A stretch of DNA of 64,000 nt. Source: an uncultured Puniceicoccaceae bacterium (lineage in GTDB: Bacteria; Verrucomicrobiota; Verrucomicrobiia; Opitutales; Oceanipulchritudinaceae). The notes beneath the pieces are model-generated. The model was not told the DNA's origin. It saw nothing but the letters and a program-made list of their open reading frames with translations, and searched no databases. The position numbers and the translations under genes are program-made. Positions 49,967 to 60,802 of the stretch are shown here, piece after piece. The stretch is from positions 480,001 through 544,000 of the forward strand of contig CAWVVV010000001.1 in assembly GCA_963933835.1 (NCBI GenBank), in the 5' to 3' direction. Numbering within the stretch: position 1 is the stretch's first letter; each line of letters opens with the position of its first letter.

Positions 49967-51154
49967 ATGTCCCGATTTGCTTCTATAGAAATAGCGCCGC
50001 CAGACCCGATCCTTGGCCTCAACGAACTTTTTAAAGCCGACCAACGATCGGGAAAAGTAAACTTGGGTGTCGGCGTTTTTGTGAACTCCGAAGGAAAGAC
50101 CCCTACCTTCCAATGCATCACTGAAGCGGGTCGACGCATTGTGGCAGAAAACGGGACAAAGACTTACCTGCCGATAACCGGGCTGCCGAAATACACTTCC
50201 GCTGCCAAGGGACTCATTTTCGGAACTGACCTTCCAGAACACCTTATCAGTGCACAGACACCTGGAGGAACCGGTGCCCTTCGTGTAGCCGGAGACTTTA
50301 TCTTTAAGAATCTCCCAAACGCAAAAGTTTGGGTTTCAAACCCTTCATGGGCGAATCACAAAGGCATCTTTGCAGCCGCCGGGCTCGACGTCCAAAGCTA
50401 CGCCTACTTTGACCCGACTCAAAACGGAATCGACCGCGAAGCCTTCTTTGCTGCTATCAGCGAAATCCCGGCTACTGATGTCGTCGTTTTCCACGCATGC
50501 TGTCACAATCCAACCGGAGCTGACCTCAGTGCGGATGATTGGAAGAAGGTCGCCACCATCGCCCAGGAGAAGGGGTGGACTCCACTCATTGACTGCGCCT
50601 ACCAAGGCTTCGGTGAGGGACTCGATACCGACGCACAAGGCGTGCGCACAATGGCAGCCTCAGGTGTTCCCTTCTTCCTCGCACAATCATTCTCGAAAAA
50701 TTTCGGCCTCTATCAGGACCGTGTCGGTGCGATCCACATCGCCTGTACAAACTCAGAAGAAGCAACCCGCGTAGCTAGCCGGCTGAAGACCTCCATTCGG
50801 GTCAACTACTCTAACCCACCAGCCCATGGGGCACACCTCGTCGCAGCAGTCCTCGGTGACGCTGGGCTGACCTCCCAGTGGGAAGAGGAGCTAGATACAA
50901 TGCGCATCAGAATCAACGGCGTGCGGACTCAATTTGTAGCAAAAATGGCCGCTGCAGGCGTGAGCCGTGATTTCTCCTTTCTCGAGCAACAACGGGGCAT
51001 GTTCTCCTTCACAGGACTGAACCGCGAGCAAGCGATCAAAATGCGCGAAGACTTCGGTGTCTACATGGTCGAAAGCGGCCGTATCAACGTCGCTGGACTG
51101 ACAGACAAGAACATCGACTACGTCGTCGATGCCATAAAGCAGACGCTAAACTAA
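49967..51154 (+). CDS. aspC: Aspartate/aromatic amino acid aminotransferase
   Basis: PPDPILGL, KVNLGVG, QTPGGTGAL, HACCHNPTG, DCAYQGF, SFSKNFGLY and GRINVAG motifs. Confidence 0.94.
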   Translation: MSRFASIEIAPPDPILGLNELFKADQRSGKVNLGVGVFVNSEGKTPTFQCITEAGRRIVAENGTKTYLPITGLPKYTSAAKGLIFGTDLPEHLISAQTPGGTGALRVAGDFIFKNLPNAKVWVSNPSWANHKGIFAAAGLDVQSYAYFDPTQNGIDREAFFAAISEIPATDVVVFHACCHNPTGADLSADDWKKVATIAQEKGWTPLIDCAYQGFGEGLDTDAQGVRTMAASGVPFFLAQSFSKNFGLYQDRVGAIHIACTNSEEATRVASRLKTSIRVNYSNPPAHGAHLVAAVLGDAGLTSQWEEELDTMRIRINGVRTQFVAKMAAAGVSRDFSFLEQQRGMFSFTGLNREQAIKMREDFGVYMVESGRINVAGLTDKNIDYVVDAIKQTLN

Positions 51155-51164
51155 ACCGCCTCGA

Positions 51165-53603
51165 TCACTCCGGCGGCGCCCAAGTTCCACCCGAGAAGAA
51201 GAAAAGCAGACTCTGCCACCCCTTGAGGGCAGAATCGACACGGTGAGACTGGACGATTTCAAAATGAGGGATCTCAACATCCTCATTCACGACTGAGCCA
51301 ACCAGAACGGCGCGAATGGGTTGTCCGGGAAATGCGGCGTCAAATAGAGATACTTCTAGTGAGTAAATGCGAAAGTCACTTTCGATCGCCTTTGCGATAC
51401 GCGCGCGGATGTTTGCGATATCAGGTAAGCCAAGCAGTCCGGCGATTTTTAAGCTGTCCTGTAAAATAGGTTTTGCATCATCGATAGACTGAAGACTGAG
51501 CGTGCCTTTATTCAGTTTCGGCTGACTTCCTAGGGCATAGGAGATCGGCACCGATCCGTGTAGGCGTGCATCCAAGCTGAAGCCTATCTGCCCTGCATCT
51601 TCGAGAAGACGCCCTGCCTCAATCCCGTCAAACCGAAGTACACTGTGAATAATGAGTGGCTCGCGAAGATTCAATTCAAAGGGAGCAATCGATATCTTTC
51701 CACCCATCCAATTGCCTTCGATTTTTAGCACTTTCAGCTGATCACGCGTCAGCCAGTCGAACTGAATCAGAACGTCGTCAATCGCGTCCTGACCGCTCGT
51801 TATCTTTCCAATCCGGATTTCTTGCACACCGCTGGATGCGGGGAACGGCCCAACCGCTCGGAAGCTCAATGCCGATGACAGCCCGCTTAAGTGCCAGTTT
51901 CCCTTTCCCAGACGCACATTCAAGTCGTCAAATTTTAGGCCCACCTCAGCTTGGAAGGGGAAAAAGCGGTGCGGTTTCCCAGCTACGCTCCACTCAAGCT
52001 TCCCTTCCGCTACAACACTTTCGGCATCGGAGTATAAAGGGCGCAAGTGCTGCCGTAGTTGGTCCAGTGAGTATTGACCTCCACCCTCAAATTCCAGCCC
52101 AGCGTCGTCCATCTGACTTTCAATCGACCCGATGAGAAGGCCGTCAGTATCTCTAATTTCAGCGGCGCACGCAAAAGACGCATCCGAGTGATTATTCAAG
52201 CTACCATTAAGGCTCAATAAACGCAGAGATTCTGAGACGAATTCTAAATCCGCGGAGTATGTGTAAACACCTTCTTGCGATTCATCGAAGCGGGCATTTG
52301 CGAGCATCCAATCCGGAAAACGCTCGATCGCAATTGCACTCAACCGACCAGACAGAGCACCAGCGGACTGGCTCATAAACCAGCGAAACGGTTTTACCGA
52401 CCACTTGCCCCAAGCGGCCTTCAGAACAGACAGTTGGATTTCGGCTGTCTTGTCCTCTGGGTTTAAGAACGCCCGCATCGCAAAATCGACCTCCATCTCG
52501 CCTGCTCGAGACCAACGGACCGATGGCATCTCGATATGCAGCGGATTTCCATCGACGCCTGATACACTCGCTTTCATCGGACGCGTTTGCCCACCTAGGA
52601 AACTGATGTATTCAAAATCAACTACAACTTCGGCCTGCTTGATACGGTTATCTTCCTGTGTGACACCTGCGCTAAGGCCATTCGTCTGGAATTCAATACC
52701 CTTTTCTGAGCGTGCCCAAAAAGGGCCCTGCTCAAGCAATACTGAATACGCCGAGATATCAGAACCTTCTCCCTCAACCAGTGCTTCTAATTCTAGCGTC
52801 GAAGCCTCCCAGTCATCAAGCCACTGACCCAATCTAGTTTCCACGCTATACTCATGTTGTGCGGGCAAGATCTGCTCCCAAACATCAAGGAGATGTCGTC
52901 CCGACCATGACAGTTGCGTCTGCCATTTGGGGGTCGATGATTCGTCATTAAGCAAAAACTGAAAGTCAAAATCGACACCACTTCCCATCGTACTCAGACG
53001 GCGACGATCATCGACGGTCGACAAGTCCAACTCGATGTCCATGCCCATCGAATGATCTCCAAAATCGATTCCAACCTCTACATTGTGAGCGAGAAGACGG
53101 TCTAGCGGAAACGCCCACCACTGCTCAAGCCAACCAGACTCGGGCAATACGACGGATGGCGAGAAATCGACGGGCAAAAATGAACCATGGATTGTTCGCA
53201 AAGACAGACGCGGTCCTTTGGGTGTCTTATTCAAACGCGAAAAATAGCTCTCAGCAGATAGATCGAACGCCATCGAAAGTTGCCCGATCTCAACTGAATC
53301 CAGCCGGTCATCGGCCAATTCAAGGGGTCGCCAGCGCATCGAGACATCTTCAGCAAGCGCATCAAACCCTTCGCCCCTCAAAGCAATGGACTCGATATCA
53401 GCTCCAGAGAGGCCAACCCAACGAATGTCTATCTCAGACTCGATCCCATGCTCGGACAGTGCTGCTTCAGCCCATTGCTTAGCCAGATAGTCTGCGTAGT
53501 GAAGAATCACATACGCCAATGCGACACATGCCAATACGCTGAGACTCATCCAAGCGAGCCATTGTGGCAGATTGAGCCCCTTGCCCAGACTCCTGATCTT
53601 CAT
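51165..53603 (-). CDS. YdbH/AsmA-like intermembrane lipid transport protein
   Basis: N-terminal TM anchor, long beta-rich body, C-terminal WMGGKISIAPF...LHGSVPI similar to the YdbH domain. Confidence 0.65.
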   Translation of the reverse strand: MKIRSLGKGLNLPQWLAWMSLSVLACVALAYVILHYADYLAKQWAEAALSEHGIESEIDIRWVGLSGADIESIALRGEGFDALAEDVSMRWRPLELADDRLDSVEIGQLSMAFDLSAESYFSRLNKTPKGPRLSLRTIHGSFLPVDFSPSVVLPESGWLEQWWAFPLDRLLAHNVEVGIDFGDHSMGMDIELDLSTVDDRRRLSTMGSGVDFDFQFLLNDESSTPKWQTQLSWSGRHLLDVWEQILPAQHEYSVETRLGQWLDDWEASTLELEALVEGEGSDISAYSVLLEQGPFWARSEKGIEFQTNGLSAGVTQEDNRIKQAEVVVDFEYISFLGGQTRPMKASVSGVDGNPLHIEMPSVRWSRAGEMEVDFAMRAFLNPEDKTAEIQLSVLKAAWGKWSVKPFRWFMSQSAGALSGRLSAIAIERFPDWMLANARFDESQEGVYTYSADLEFVSESLRLLSLNGSLNNHSDASFACAAEIRDTDGLLIGSIESQMDDAGLEFEGGGQYSLDQLRQHLRPLYSDAESVVAEGKLEWSVAGKPHRFFPFQAEVGLKFDDLNVRLGKGNWHLSGLSSALSFRAVGPFPASSGVQEIRIGKITSGQDAIDDVLIQFDWLTRDQLKVLKIEGNWMGGKISIAPFELNLREPLIIHSVLRFDGIEAGRLLEDAGQIGFSLDARLHGSVPISYALGSQPKLNKGTLSLQSIDDAKPILQDSLKIAGLLGLPDIANIRARIAKAIESDFRIYSLEVSLFDAAFPGQPIRAVLVGSVVNEDVEIPHFEIVQSHRVDSALKGWQSLLFFFSGGTWAPPE

Positions 53604-53607
53604 CCAA

Positions 53608-54366
53608 TCAGTCTACCTGTGGGACACTAAAGATCGTCTCGAAGACGCCATTATTGATTTCGATACGCTCGAGCTCAACAAAACCACTTGGCTCTCCATC
53701 CGTAAATCGTTCACTCCTCCGCGCTACCCAGACTCTACCTGCTCGCGTATAATCGCTGAGTTTTTCGACGACAGAAGTCTCTCCATCTGAGTCCGTTTTG
53801 TATTCGAATTTCAAGACACGAAGCGTCCTCGAATCCAAGTATGCACGACGCATGTCGCCAAGATAAGTCGACTCTATAACGTAGGCAGGAATACGACCTA
53901 CATATTCAACTCCGTTAAGTTTGTGCTCAACACCATCTTCTGCCGTCAAAAAAAGTAGCCCAAAGATGGACTGATCATATTCAAAGCGCTCTTTTTCCTC
54001 CCCCTCAAGAATCGTCACCTGCTTACGTCCATCTGTGGCTTCGAGCATGCGCCAGCTGTTCTCACCATCGAACCCGCGATGGATTCGCATATCGCCCAAA
54101 TGCACTGTAATCCGTTTTAGGTTTGGGCGCTTTCTGAGCAGAGTGAGCGCTCGCTTCTCTCCATTCATTGTGATCGACCCACGAGCTCGGATCGAACGCA
54201 CTTGATTTACACCCTCTTCGCCCCCGTTTTCCTCAAGGAAGGCGGCCAATACTTCCTCAATCGTCTTTAAAGGAGCGGTTTGCGCAGACAGAGCTGTCGC
54301 AACAGCACAACAGAGGGTAATCAGACTGAGGGCACGCCAGAGGCTAAGCATAAGAACTTCATCCAA
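53608..54366 (-). CDS. Outer membrane lipoprotein-sorting / LolA-like protein
   Basis: Signal peptide; [30 protein letters not shown] and INNGV...IFSVP pattern. Confidence 0.7.
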   Translation of the reverse strand: MDEVLMLSLWRALSLITLCCAVATALSAQTAPLKTIEEVLAAFLEENGGEEGVNQVRSIRARGSITMNGEKRALTLLRKRPNLKRITVHLGDMRIHRGFDGENSWRMLEATDGRKQVTILEGEEKERFEYDQSIFGLLFLTAEDGVEHKLNGVEYVGRIPAYVIESTYLGDMRRAYLDSRTLRVLKFEYKTDSDGETSVVEKLSDYTRAGRVWVARRSERFTDGEPSGFVELERIEINNGVFETIFSVPQVD

Positions 54367-54485
54367 CGTGCTTCCTGCCAGCTGGCAAATTACTTTTACC
54401 TTTTCGCGCGCTTTTGAGCACTGATTTGCTCAATCCGAAGCTCAGAACTTGCACCGAATGGAGCGATCGATTCCCTTGTTCTCCT

Positions 54486-55592
54486 ATGGGTAATAGTTTT
54501 GGCACACTCTTTCGGATATCTACCTGGGGCGAAAGCCACGGTGGCGGGGTTGGCGTGGTCCTAGACGGCTGCCCTCCAGGACTTCCGATCACGGCAGAAG
54601 AAATTCAATTTGAGCTCGATCGGCGGCGGCCCGGACAAAGCGACATCACAACTCCGAGGAAAGAGGCCGACGCGGTCACCATTCTCAGTGGAGTGAATGA
54701 CGGCGTGACGCTCGGGACACCGATAGCGATGAATATCCAAAACAAGGACCATCGCCCGGGCGCGTATGACGAGATGAAACTCGCTTTCCGCCCAAGCCAC
54801 GCAGACTACACCTACGAGTCTAAATTCGGCCGACGCATGGCTGAAGGTGGTGGTCGTTCGAGCGCGAGAGAGACCATCGGGCGCGTTGCTGCGGGTGCAA
54901 TCGCTCGCAAAATCCTCAAACTCGCTGGCTCAATCGAGATCGTCGCTTACATCGAGCGTATTCAAGACATTGCTATGCCGGAGGATTTCTCGGGCGAGAT
55001 CAGCCTCGCTACGATTGAGGCAAATGCCGTTCGTTGCCCTCATCCCGCTACTGCGGAACGTATGATTGAGCGCATCAAAGCGATGCGCAATGAAGGCAAC
55101 AGTGTTGGAGGCGTTGTTCGTTGTATCATTCGCAATACTCCCGTCGGGCTCGGAGTGCCCGTCTTTGATCGCTTAGAAGCAGATCTTGGCAAGGCGATGC
55201 TTTCGCTCCCAGCGACCAAAGGCTTTGAAGTTGGCAGCGGGTTCGCTGGAACCTACCTCACGGGCGCTGAGCACAATGATGCCTTCATCAAAGAAGGTGA
55301 TAAAATCCGCACCGCCACAAATCGTTCAGGCGGTGTCCAGGGCGGAATCAGCAATGGTGAAGAGATCTACTTCCGCGTCGCATTCAAGCCAACCGCAACG
55401 ATCATGCAGACCCAAAACACGGTAAACAAAGCCGGTGATGAAATTGAGTTGAAAGGCAAAGGACGCCATGACCCCTGCGTCCTCCCGCGCGCTGTCCCGA
55501 TCGTCGAGGCGATGGCCTCGCTTGTCCTGCTAGATCACTGGATGCGCCAGAAAGCACAAAACGAATCCTTTGATTTCTCCAGATTGACCTAA
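54486..55592 (+). CDS. aroC: Chorismate synthase
   Basis: TWGESHG, RRRPGQS, RPSHAD, RSSARET, GGISNG and GRHDPCV motifs. Confidence 0.97.
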   Translation: MGNSFGTLFRISTWGESHGGGVGVVLDGCPPGLPITAEEIQFELDRRRPGQSDITTPRKEADAVTILSGVNDGVTLGTPIAMNIQNKDHRPGAYDEMKLAFRPSHADYTYESKFGRRMAEGGGRSSARETIGRVAAGAIARKILKLAGSIEIVAYIERIQDIAMPEDFSGEISLATIEANAVRCPHPATAERMIERIKAMRNEGNSVGGVVRCIIRNTPVGLGVPVFDRLEADLGKAMLSLPATKGFEVGSGFAGTYLTGAEHNDAFIKEGDKIRTATNRSGGVQGGISNGEEIYFRVAFKPTATIMQTQNTVNKAGDEIELKGKGRHDPCVLPRAVPIVEAMASLVLLDHWMRQKAQNESFDFSRLT

Positions 55593-55613
55593 GGTAAGTA
55601 ACCTTTCGAAGCC

Positions 55614-56360
55614 GTGACTGCACTCTACCTCATCCTCGGATCTCAACTCAATGCCCAGCGCGACCTCGCGAACTACTTGTGCCAGCACGGCCTCGAAAAT
55701 CCTGCAACCGCCGCGATCTATTTTCCCGAGACTAGCCCGTCTACAACCGACAGTGCAGCATCCTGGGCGTTTGGCGACGGAGGCACTTTAGCCCTTCCTG
55801 CCAAAGCAAGCGACAATGAGGCGATCTTTCTCCTCTGCTCACCGAGCGAAGACCCACGCCCTTTTCTCGAAGCCGTTGCCGGTGCTCTTCAGGCCACAAA
55901 GTTTGAGCTCGCCCGTATCTTTACCGTCGTCGATTGCGGGCTGCTCTGCGAGCAGCCTCAGCTCAAGGCCTACTACGAACTGTGCCTTCACTTCAGCGAT
56001 GTCTTCCTCCTCGGAAATCGCTCCGATGTGAGCAAAAAATGGGTTCAGGGCTACATCGACGAACTCAAGAAAATGGCCGTCCCGACGCGGATTGAATACC
56101 TCAAAGCAGACGGTAAAGTCGATGCTGTGAGCGAGTTTCTATTCCCTGAAGCGCGCCGCGTTAGCCAGATTTTCGACGCGGCTGATGGCCCCGATGATCC
56201 GGGACTGATCATCGAGAGTCAGTCCGAAGACGACGACCAAGAAGATGAAGAGGAGATCACTAAATTCGACCTCCGAAACCTGGAGAATGATCCTTATCTC
56301 CTTCGATTCGAAGACGACAGTTTCGAGATAAAACTCCGAACCTTTCCAGAATACCCGTAA
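55614..56360 (+). CDS. Hypothetical protein (possibly degenerate CobW-like)
   Basis: LARIFTVVDC and HFSDVFLLGNR resemble the CobW core, but there is no P-loop; acidic tail. Confidence 0.6.
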   Translation: MTALYLILGSQLNAQRDLANYLCQHGLENPATAAIYFPETSPSTTDSAASWAFGDGGTLALPAKASDNEAIFLLCSPSEDPRPFLEAVAGALQATKFELARIFTVVDCGLLCEQPQLKAYYELCLHFSDVFLLGNRSDVSKKWVQGYIDELKKMAVPTRIEYLKADGKVDAVSEFLFPEARRVSQIFDAADGPDDPGLIIESQSEDDDQEDEEEITKFDLRNLENDPYLLRFEDDSFEIKLRTFPEYP

Positions 56361-56430
56361 GGAAACTCATTCAGTGCTTGAAGTCCTTGTCCAGCTAGGC
56401 ACAGTGGCCCGTTTTCCTCAAGACATCGCC

Positions 56431-56913
56431 ATGCTCGGTATCTTCATAACTTTTCTTACTTTCGTTCTCATCCTCGTAACACTGTTCATGTGTTTGGTCG
56501 TTCTTATGCAGCGTCCAAACGCCAATGCTGGTATGGGTGCCGCCTTTGGTGGTGGTGTAACGGAATCAACTTTTGGTGCGGAAACGACCAACGTGTTAAC
56601 TCGCGCGACGAAGTGGTCAGGCATCACATTCTTCGTCTTCGCCCTCCTCCTCTACGCGCTCTATCTCGTTGATAGCACGCCAGATGAAGCAGAGGCACTC
56701 ACCCTTCCTGAGTTCGCTACGGAAGAGAGCGCAGGTATCGAAGCTCCGGACACAGCAGGCGACCCAAGTCTTATTGAGGACGCGCAAGCCGCTGCGGCTG
56801 ACATCTCCGTTACGGTTGACTCCAAGACTGAGGAAGTCGTCGGTGCAGTTGAGGACGCTGCCGAACAGGTCGACCCAGTAAAGACTCCGGGACCACCGTC
56901 ACAGCAGAACTAG
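56431..56913 (+). CDS. secG: Preprotein translocase subunit SecG
   Basis: VVLMQ...GMGAAFGGG...FG...NVLTRAT with a long acidic tail. Confidence 0.94.
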   Translation: MLGIFITFLTFVLILVTLFMCLVVLMQRPNANAGMGAAFGGGVTESTFGAETTNVLTRATKWSGITFFVFALLLYALYLVDSTPDEAEALTLPEFATEESAGIEAPDTAGDPSLIEDAQAAAADISVTVDSKTEEVVGAVEDAAEQVDPVKTPGPPSQQN

Positions 56914-56940
56914 CACTTCTGTCCGATTGAACCTTTTACC

Positions 56941-56973
56941 ACCCGCCTGAGACAAACTCATGGCGGGTTTTTT
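56941..56973 (+). terminator. Rho-independent terminator after secG
   Basis: ACCCGCC-TGAG-acaaa-CTCA-t-GGCGGGT-TTTTT. Confidence 0.8.
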
Positions 56974-56984
56974 GTGCCCTCACG

Positions 56985-57836
56985 ATGTCGATCCGATTCC
57001 CAGTTCTAATCCTTCTCCTGGCAGCTATCGCCGGTGATCTCATTGCGCAACCGAAGAGACTGCCACCGTCGATCCGCAACCCTACCCAACTCGATGCCAC
57101 CGAGGGTAAGCGCGTAATCGAGCAATTTCGTGACTTCCGCGTCGGAGGGGACTTCATTTTTTCGATCACGCTCGTTCACGAGCCCTACCGGGGTGACAGC
57201 TTCAGCTATGACGGCACTTTGTCCGGCTACGCCAGCCCAAGCCTGCGCACACGCATCGACCTCATTCCCGAAGGCTCAGATACGGCCGTGTTGAAATACC
57301 TCCAGTGGAGCCGGCCAGCCCCCGCCCTATCAAGAATCGACCTCCGAGAGAACGAACCCACGGTCAAAGACGTCCTCAGCCAGAGCCTCTTTGAGCCTCT
57401 CCTCCCTGGGCTCACCTTCAGTCCCTTCGACCTCATGATGCCCTTCCTCGACTGGCCAGACTACGCCTACGAGGGCACCCGCCGCTTTCGAGGTCGCGAA
57501 GTCCACTTTTTCCTCCTCTATCCTCCTCTCGACGACCCTGTCGCTGAATCCATCGGTGGCGTTCGTGTCGCGGTCGATGCTAACTTTAACGTCGCTGTTC
57601 GCACCGAAACCCTCGACAGCACCGGCAACGCCCTTCGACGCCTCGACGTTCGAAGCGTAAAAAAAGTCGATGAACAATGGATGATCCGGCGCCTTGATCT
57701 CGTTGACCTCGAAACCCGCGACCGGACCCGCCTAGTCGTTAACGCCGCCCGCATCGGACTCGCCCTTGAGCCCAGCCTCTTCACCCCAAAGGGCCTCACT
57801 CAGCCCTTACCTGAGACCGAATTGAAGGAGCTCTAG
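56985..57836 (+). CDS. Outer membrane lipoprotein-sorting protein (LolA-like)
   Basis: Signal peptide; TFSPFDL, GRE, KKVDEQWM and TRDRTRL...LFTP pattern. Confidence 0.75.
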   Translation: MSIRFPVLILLLAAIAGDLIAQPKRLPPSIRNPTQLDATEGKRVIEQFRDFRVGGDFIFSITLVHEPYRGDSFSYDGTLSGYASPSLRTRIDLIPEGSDTAVLKYLQWSRPAPALSRIDLRENEPTVKDVLSQSLFEPLLPGLTFSPFDLMMPFLDWPDYAYEGTRRFRGREVHFFLLYPPLDDPVAESIGGVRVAVDANFNVAVRTETLDSTGNALRRLDVRSVKKVDEQWMIRRLDLVDLETRDRTRLVVNAARIGLALEPSLFTPKGLTQPLPETELKEL

Positions 57837-57974
57837 CAATACCTCAATTTTTGCCCGCTCCGAGCTTTGGCAAGAAGACCAAACGTGAAGGCTAGCTGAA
57901 GGCTCTATGAAGATTCAGTGAACTGATTCTTTTATGCTCGATTCCAGCCCCGCTGTCCTTCCGACTTAACCACC

Positions 57975-58739
57975 GTGGGTCAAAATCCAGACGCAAACAC
58001 AGGACCGAATCCCAAGCACGTCGCCATCATCATGGACGGCAATGGTCGTTGGGCGCAGAAACAAGGCCTCGCGCGCAACGAAGGACACCGCGCCGGCGTC
58101 CGCAACGTCGAGAATATCGTCAACGCTTGCCGCGACCTAAACGTGCCTTTTCTAACTCTTTACGCCTTTTCGGCCGAAAACTGGAACCGCCCTCGGCTCG
58201 AGGTCGAGGCACTGATGCACCTGCTCGAGCAGTTTCTAAAAAAACAACGAGGCAACCTCCTAGAAAATGGAATCCGGCTCCGAGTCCTCGGGCGGCTAGA
58301 AGAAATGCCGGGCCGCGTTCGCAAGCAGCTCGAACAAACGCTCGCTGACACCGCCCACTTCACTGATTCGAACCTCTCGCTCGCTCTCAACTACGGCTCT
58401 CGAACCGAAGTCGTCGACGCCGTAAAGAGCTATGCCCTCGCCTGTCAGCGGGGCGATGTAGATCCCGAGAAGATCGATTGGGAAACCTTCGCGAGCCATC
58501 TCTACACTGCAGACCTTCCTGACCCCGATCTCGTTATCCGCACTTCAGGCGAGCAGCGCATCAGCAATTTTCTGCTCCTTCAGTCGGCTTACGCTGAGTA
58601 TCTCTTTCCAGAGAAGTTTTGGCCCGAGTTCGGCGTCGAAGATCTGGCGGCAGCGATTCAATCCTATCGACAACGTGAGCGCCGCCACGGAAAAACCGGT
58701 GAACAGGTGAAAAACGAACGCCTCACCACACAACGATGA
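57975..58739 (+). CDS. uppS: Undecaprenyl diphosphate synthase (isoprenyl transferase)
   Basis: HVAIIMDGNGRWA, YAFSAENWNRP, NYG and IRTSGEQRISNFLL motifs. Confidence 0.97.
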   Translation: MGQNPDANTGPNPKHVAIIMDGNGRWAQKQGLARNEGHRAGVRNVENIVNACRDLNVPFLTLYAFSAENWNRPRLEVEALMHLLEQFLKKQRGNLLENGIRLRVLGRLEEMPGRVRKQLEQTLADTAHFTDSNLSLALNYGSRTEVVDAVKSYALACQRGDVDPEKIDWETFASHLYTADLPDPDLVIRTSGEQRISNFLLLQSAYAEYLFPEKFWPEFGVEDLAAAIQSYRQRERRHGKTGEQVKNERLTTQR

Positions 58740-59548
58740 AACAACGCATACTTAGCTTTGCCATTCTATGGCTATTAACGATTGGCCTGCCGTGGGTTTT
58801 TGGACCCGCAGGCGCCGTCTACCTCATCGTATTTGCGGTATTCCTTACTCAGATGGAGATCTACCAGCTCCTCGGGCGCATGGGAATTGAGTCCTCTCAT
58901 AAGACTGGCCTCAGCCTCGGTCTCTTCCTCAGCCTCGGAGCCTATTACGGGCCAGCGCTTGGTTTTTCTTTCGGCACCCTTCTCGCCCTCTGCGTAGGAG
59001 GCAGCGTTATTGCGCATCTTTTCGAACCGCTCGACAAACGGAGCTTCCAGCGCATCGGTGCCACCATTTTCGGCATCACGATGGGACCTTTTCTCCTCGG
59101 GTTTTTCACTAGCACAATCCTCCTCCCCCAAGGTGTAGCGCTCACGATTTGGATAGCAGGCGTTGCTAAATTCTCCGACGTCGGCGCACTCCTCACTGGT
59201 ATGGCAATTGGGAAAACCCCCCTTGCGCCCAACCTCAGCCCAAATAAAACTCGAGAAGGTGCCATCGGCGGCGTCATCAGTTCCTGCATTGTCGGCGCGG
59301 GCACCGTTGCCTTCCTCCCCAGCCTCTTTCCGGATAGCCTGAGCCCCCTCGCCGCTGGCCTGATCGCTATCCCCCTCGCGATTGCCGCGATGTCTGCAGA
59401 TCTCTTTGAGAGCGCGATCAAACGCGAAGCGAAGGTGAAGGACTCGGGCAAGTTCATCCCAGGCATCGGTGGTGCGTTCGACCTCACCGACTCCATGCTC
59501 CTCGCTGCCCCGATCGGCTACGCCCTCCTTGCCCCGATTGTTAGCTAG
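58736..59548 (+). CDS. cdsA: Phosphatidate cytidylyltransferase
   Basis: SPNKTREG and DLFESAIKREAKVKDSG..IPGIGG..DLTDS motifs. Confidence 0.95.
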   Translation: MKQRILSFAILWLLTIGLPWVFGPAGAVYLIVFAVFLTQMEIYQLLGRMGIESSHKTGLSLGLFLSLGAYYGPALGFSFGTLLALCVGGSVIAHLFEPLDKRSFQRIGATIFGITMGPFLLGFFTSTILLPQGVALTIWIAGVAKFSDVGALLTGMAIGKTPLAPNLSPNKTREGAIGGVISSCIVGAGTVAFLPSLFPDSLSPLAAGLIAIPLAIAAMSADLFESAIKREAKVKDSGKFIPGIGGAFDLTDSMLLAAPIGYALLAPIVS

Positions 59549-59585
59549 CGCGGGACCGGTCACCCGTTCGCAAATCCACCTATTT

Positions 59586-59676
59586 CAATGATGAATGATG
59601 CATTACCCGAATGATGATTAACTCAAGCCGTATGCAATGCCGTCATTCAAAATTCATCACTCATCACTCATCATTC
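59586..59676. repeat. Heptamer-repeat inverted element, copy 1 (GAATGAT units / ATCATTC units)
   Basis: Left: CAATGAT GAATGAT GCATTAC CC GAATGAT. Right: GTCATTC AAAATTC ATCACTC ATCACTC ATCATTC. Ends 4 nt before the dxr ATG. Confidence 0.85.
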
Positions 59677-59680
59677 TAAA

Positions 59681-60802
59681 ATGCCTACCCCCCGACGCAT
59701 CGTCCTCCTTGGCGCAACCGGATCAATCGGTGAAAGCACCCTAAAGGTCATTCGCCAGCATCCCGATCGACTAGAGCTCGTCGGGATCGCCGCTGGCCGC
59801 CAGAAGGCAGCGCTCGCAGACATTGCGAACGAGTTTGGTGTGCGCGAGACCAGCCTCTATAGTGAAGAGGGGCTCGCTGGACTTGAGCGGCTCGCCACTT
59901 TACCCGAAGCCGATATTGTCCTCGTCGCCACGACCGGCACCGTCGCTTTGCGACCAACTCTCGCCGCCCTCGCGGCGGGAAAAGATATCGCCCTTGCGAA
60001 CAAGGAAACACTCGTCATCGGCGGCCACCTTGTCATGGCAGCCGCTCGCAAAAGTGGCGCACGCGTTTACCCCATCGACAGCGAGCACAACGCCCTCTTT
60101 CAGTGCCTCGAAGGCAACCCCGATTCACGCCTCATTCGTCGCCTCCTCCTCACCGCTTCCGGTGGTGCGCTACGTGAGATGCCTCTGGAGAAATTCAAAG
60201 ACGTCACACCCGAGGAAGCCCTCCGCCATCCAAACTGGTCGATGGGGCCAAAGGTGACTGTCGATACGGCTACGATGGCAAACAAAGGCCTAGAGATGAT
60301 CGAAGCACGCTGGCTCTTCGATGTCCGATCCGATCAAATCGATGCCGTCATTCACCCTCAAAGTCTCGTCCACAGTATGGTTGAGTTTTGCGATGGGTCG
60401 ATCCTCGCTCAGCTCTCGCCTCCCTCGATGACTTTCGCGATCCAGCACATTCTGCTCTATCCGGATCGCGCCCCTGGCGTCCTCGAGACAATCGATTTCA
60501 CCCAAGCGCTTCAGCTCGATTTCAGCCCACCCGACGAAAAACGCTTCCCATGTCTTCACCTCGCGCGCCAAGCGATGGCAGCCGATGACTTTTCCGCCGC
60601 CATTTTCAGCACTGCAAATGAAGTCGCGGTGAACGCTTTCCTGCGCAAAGAAGTCCCTTTCCTTGCCATTCCTGAGCTCATTTCCAATGTTCTCAGCAGC
60701 GTTTCGACCGATCTTCCTAAAGACCTAGAAACGCTCACCGCCGCCGAAGACGCTGTCCGCGTCCACGCCGAAAACCTTCTTTCAAATTATGGAATTTCTT
60801 AA
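59681..60802 (+). CDS. dxr: 1-deoxy-D-xylulose 5-phosphate reductoisomerase
   Basis: LGATGSIG, LANKE, PIDSEH, HPNWSMG, NKGLE and HSMVEF motifs. Confidence 0.97.
   Translation: MPTPRRIVLLGATGSIGESTLKVIRQHPDRLELVGIAAGRQKAALADIANEFGVRETSLYSEEGLAGLERLATLPEADIVLVATTGTVALRPTLAALAAGKDIALANKETLVIGGHLVMAAARKSGARVYPIDSEHNALFQCLEGNPDSRLIRRLLLTASGGALREMPLEKFKDVTPEEALRHPNWSMGPKVTVDTATMANKGLEMIEARWLFDVRSDQIDAVIHPQSLVHSMVEFCDGSILAQLSPPSMTFAIQHILLYPDRAPGVLETIDFTQALQLDFSPPDEKRFPCLHLARQAMAADDFSAAIFSTANEVAVNAFLRKEVPFLAIPELISNVLSSVSTDLPKDLETLTAAEDAVRVHAENLLSNYGIS

Noticed and set aside
58775..59563. Long antisense ORFs (262 aa over cdsA; also 227 aa over tal and 191 aa over dus)
   Set aside because: These are shadows of well-supported genes in GC-rich DNA and have no motifs of their own.
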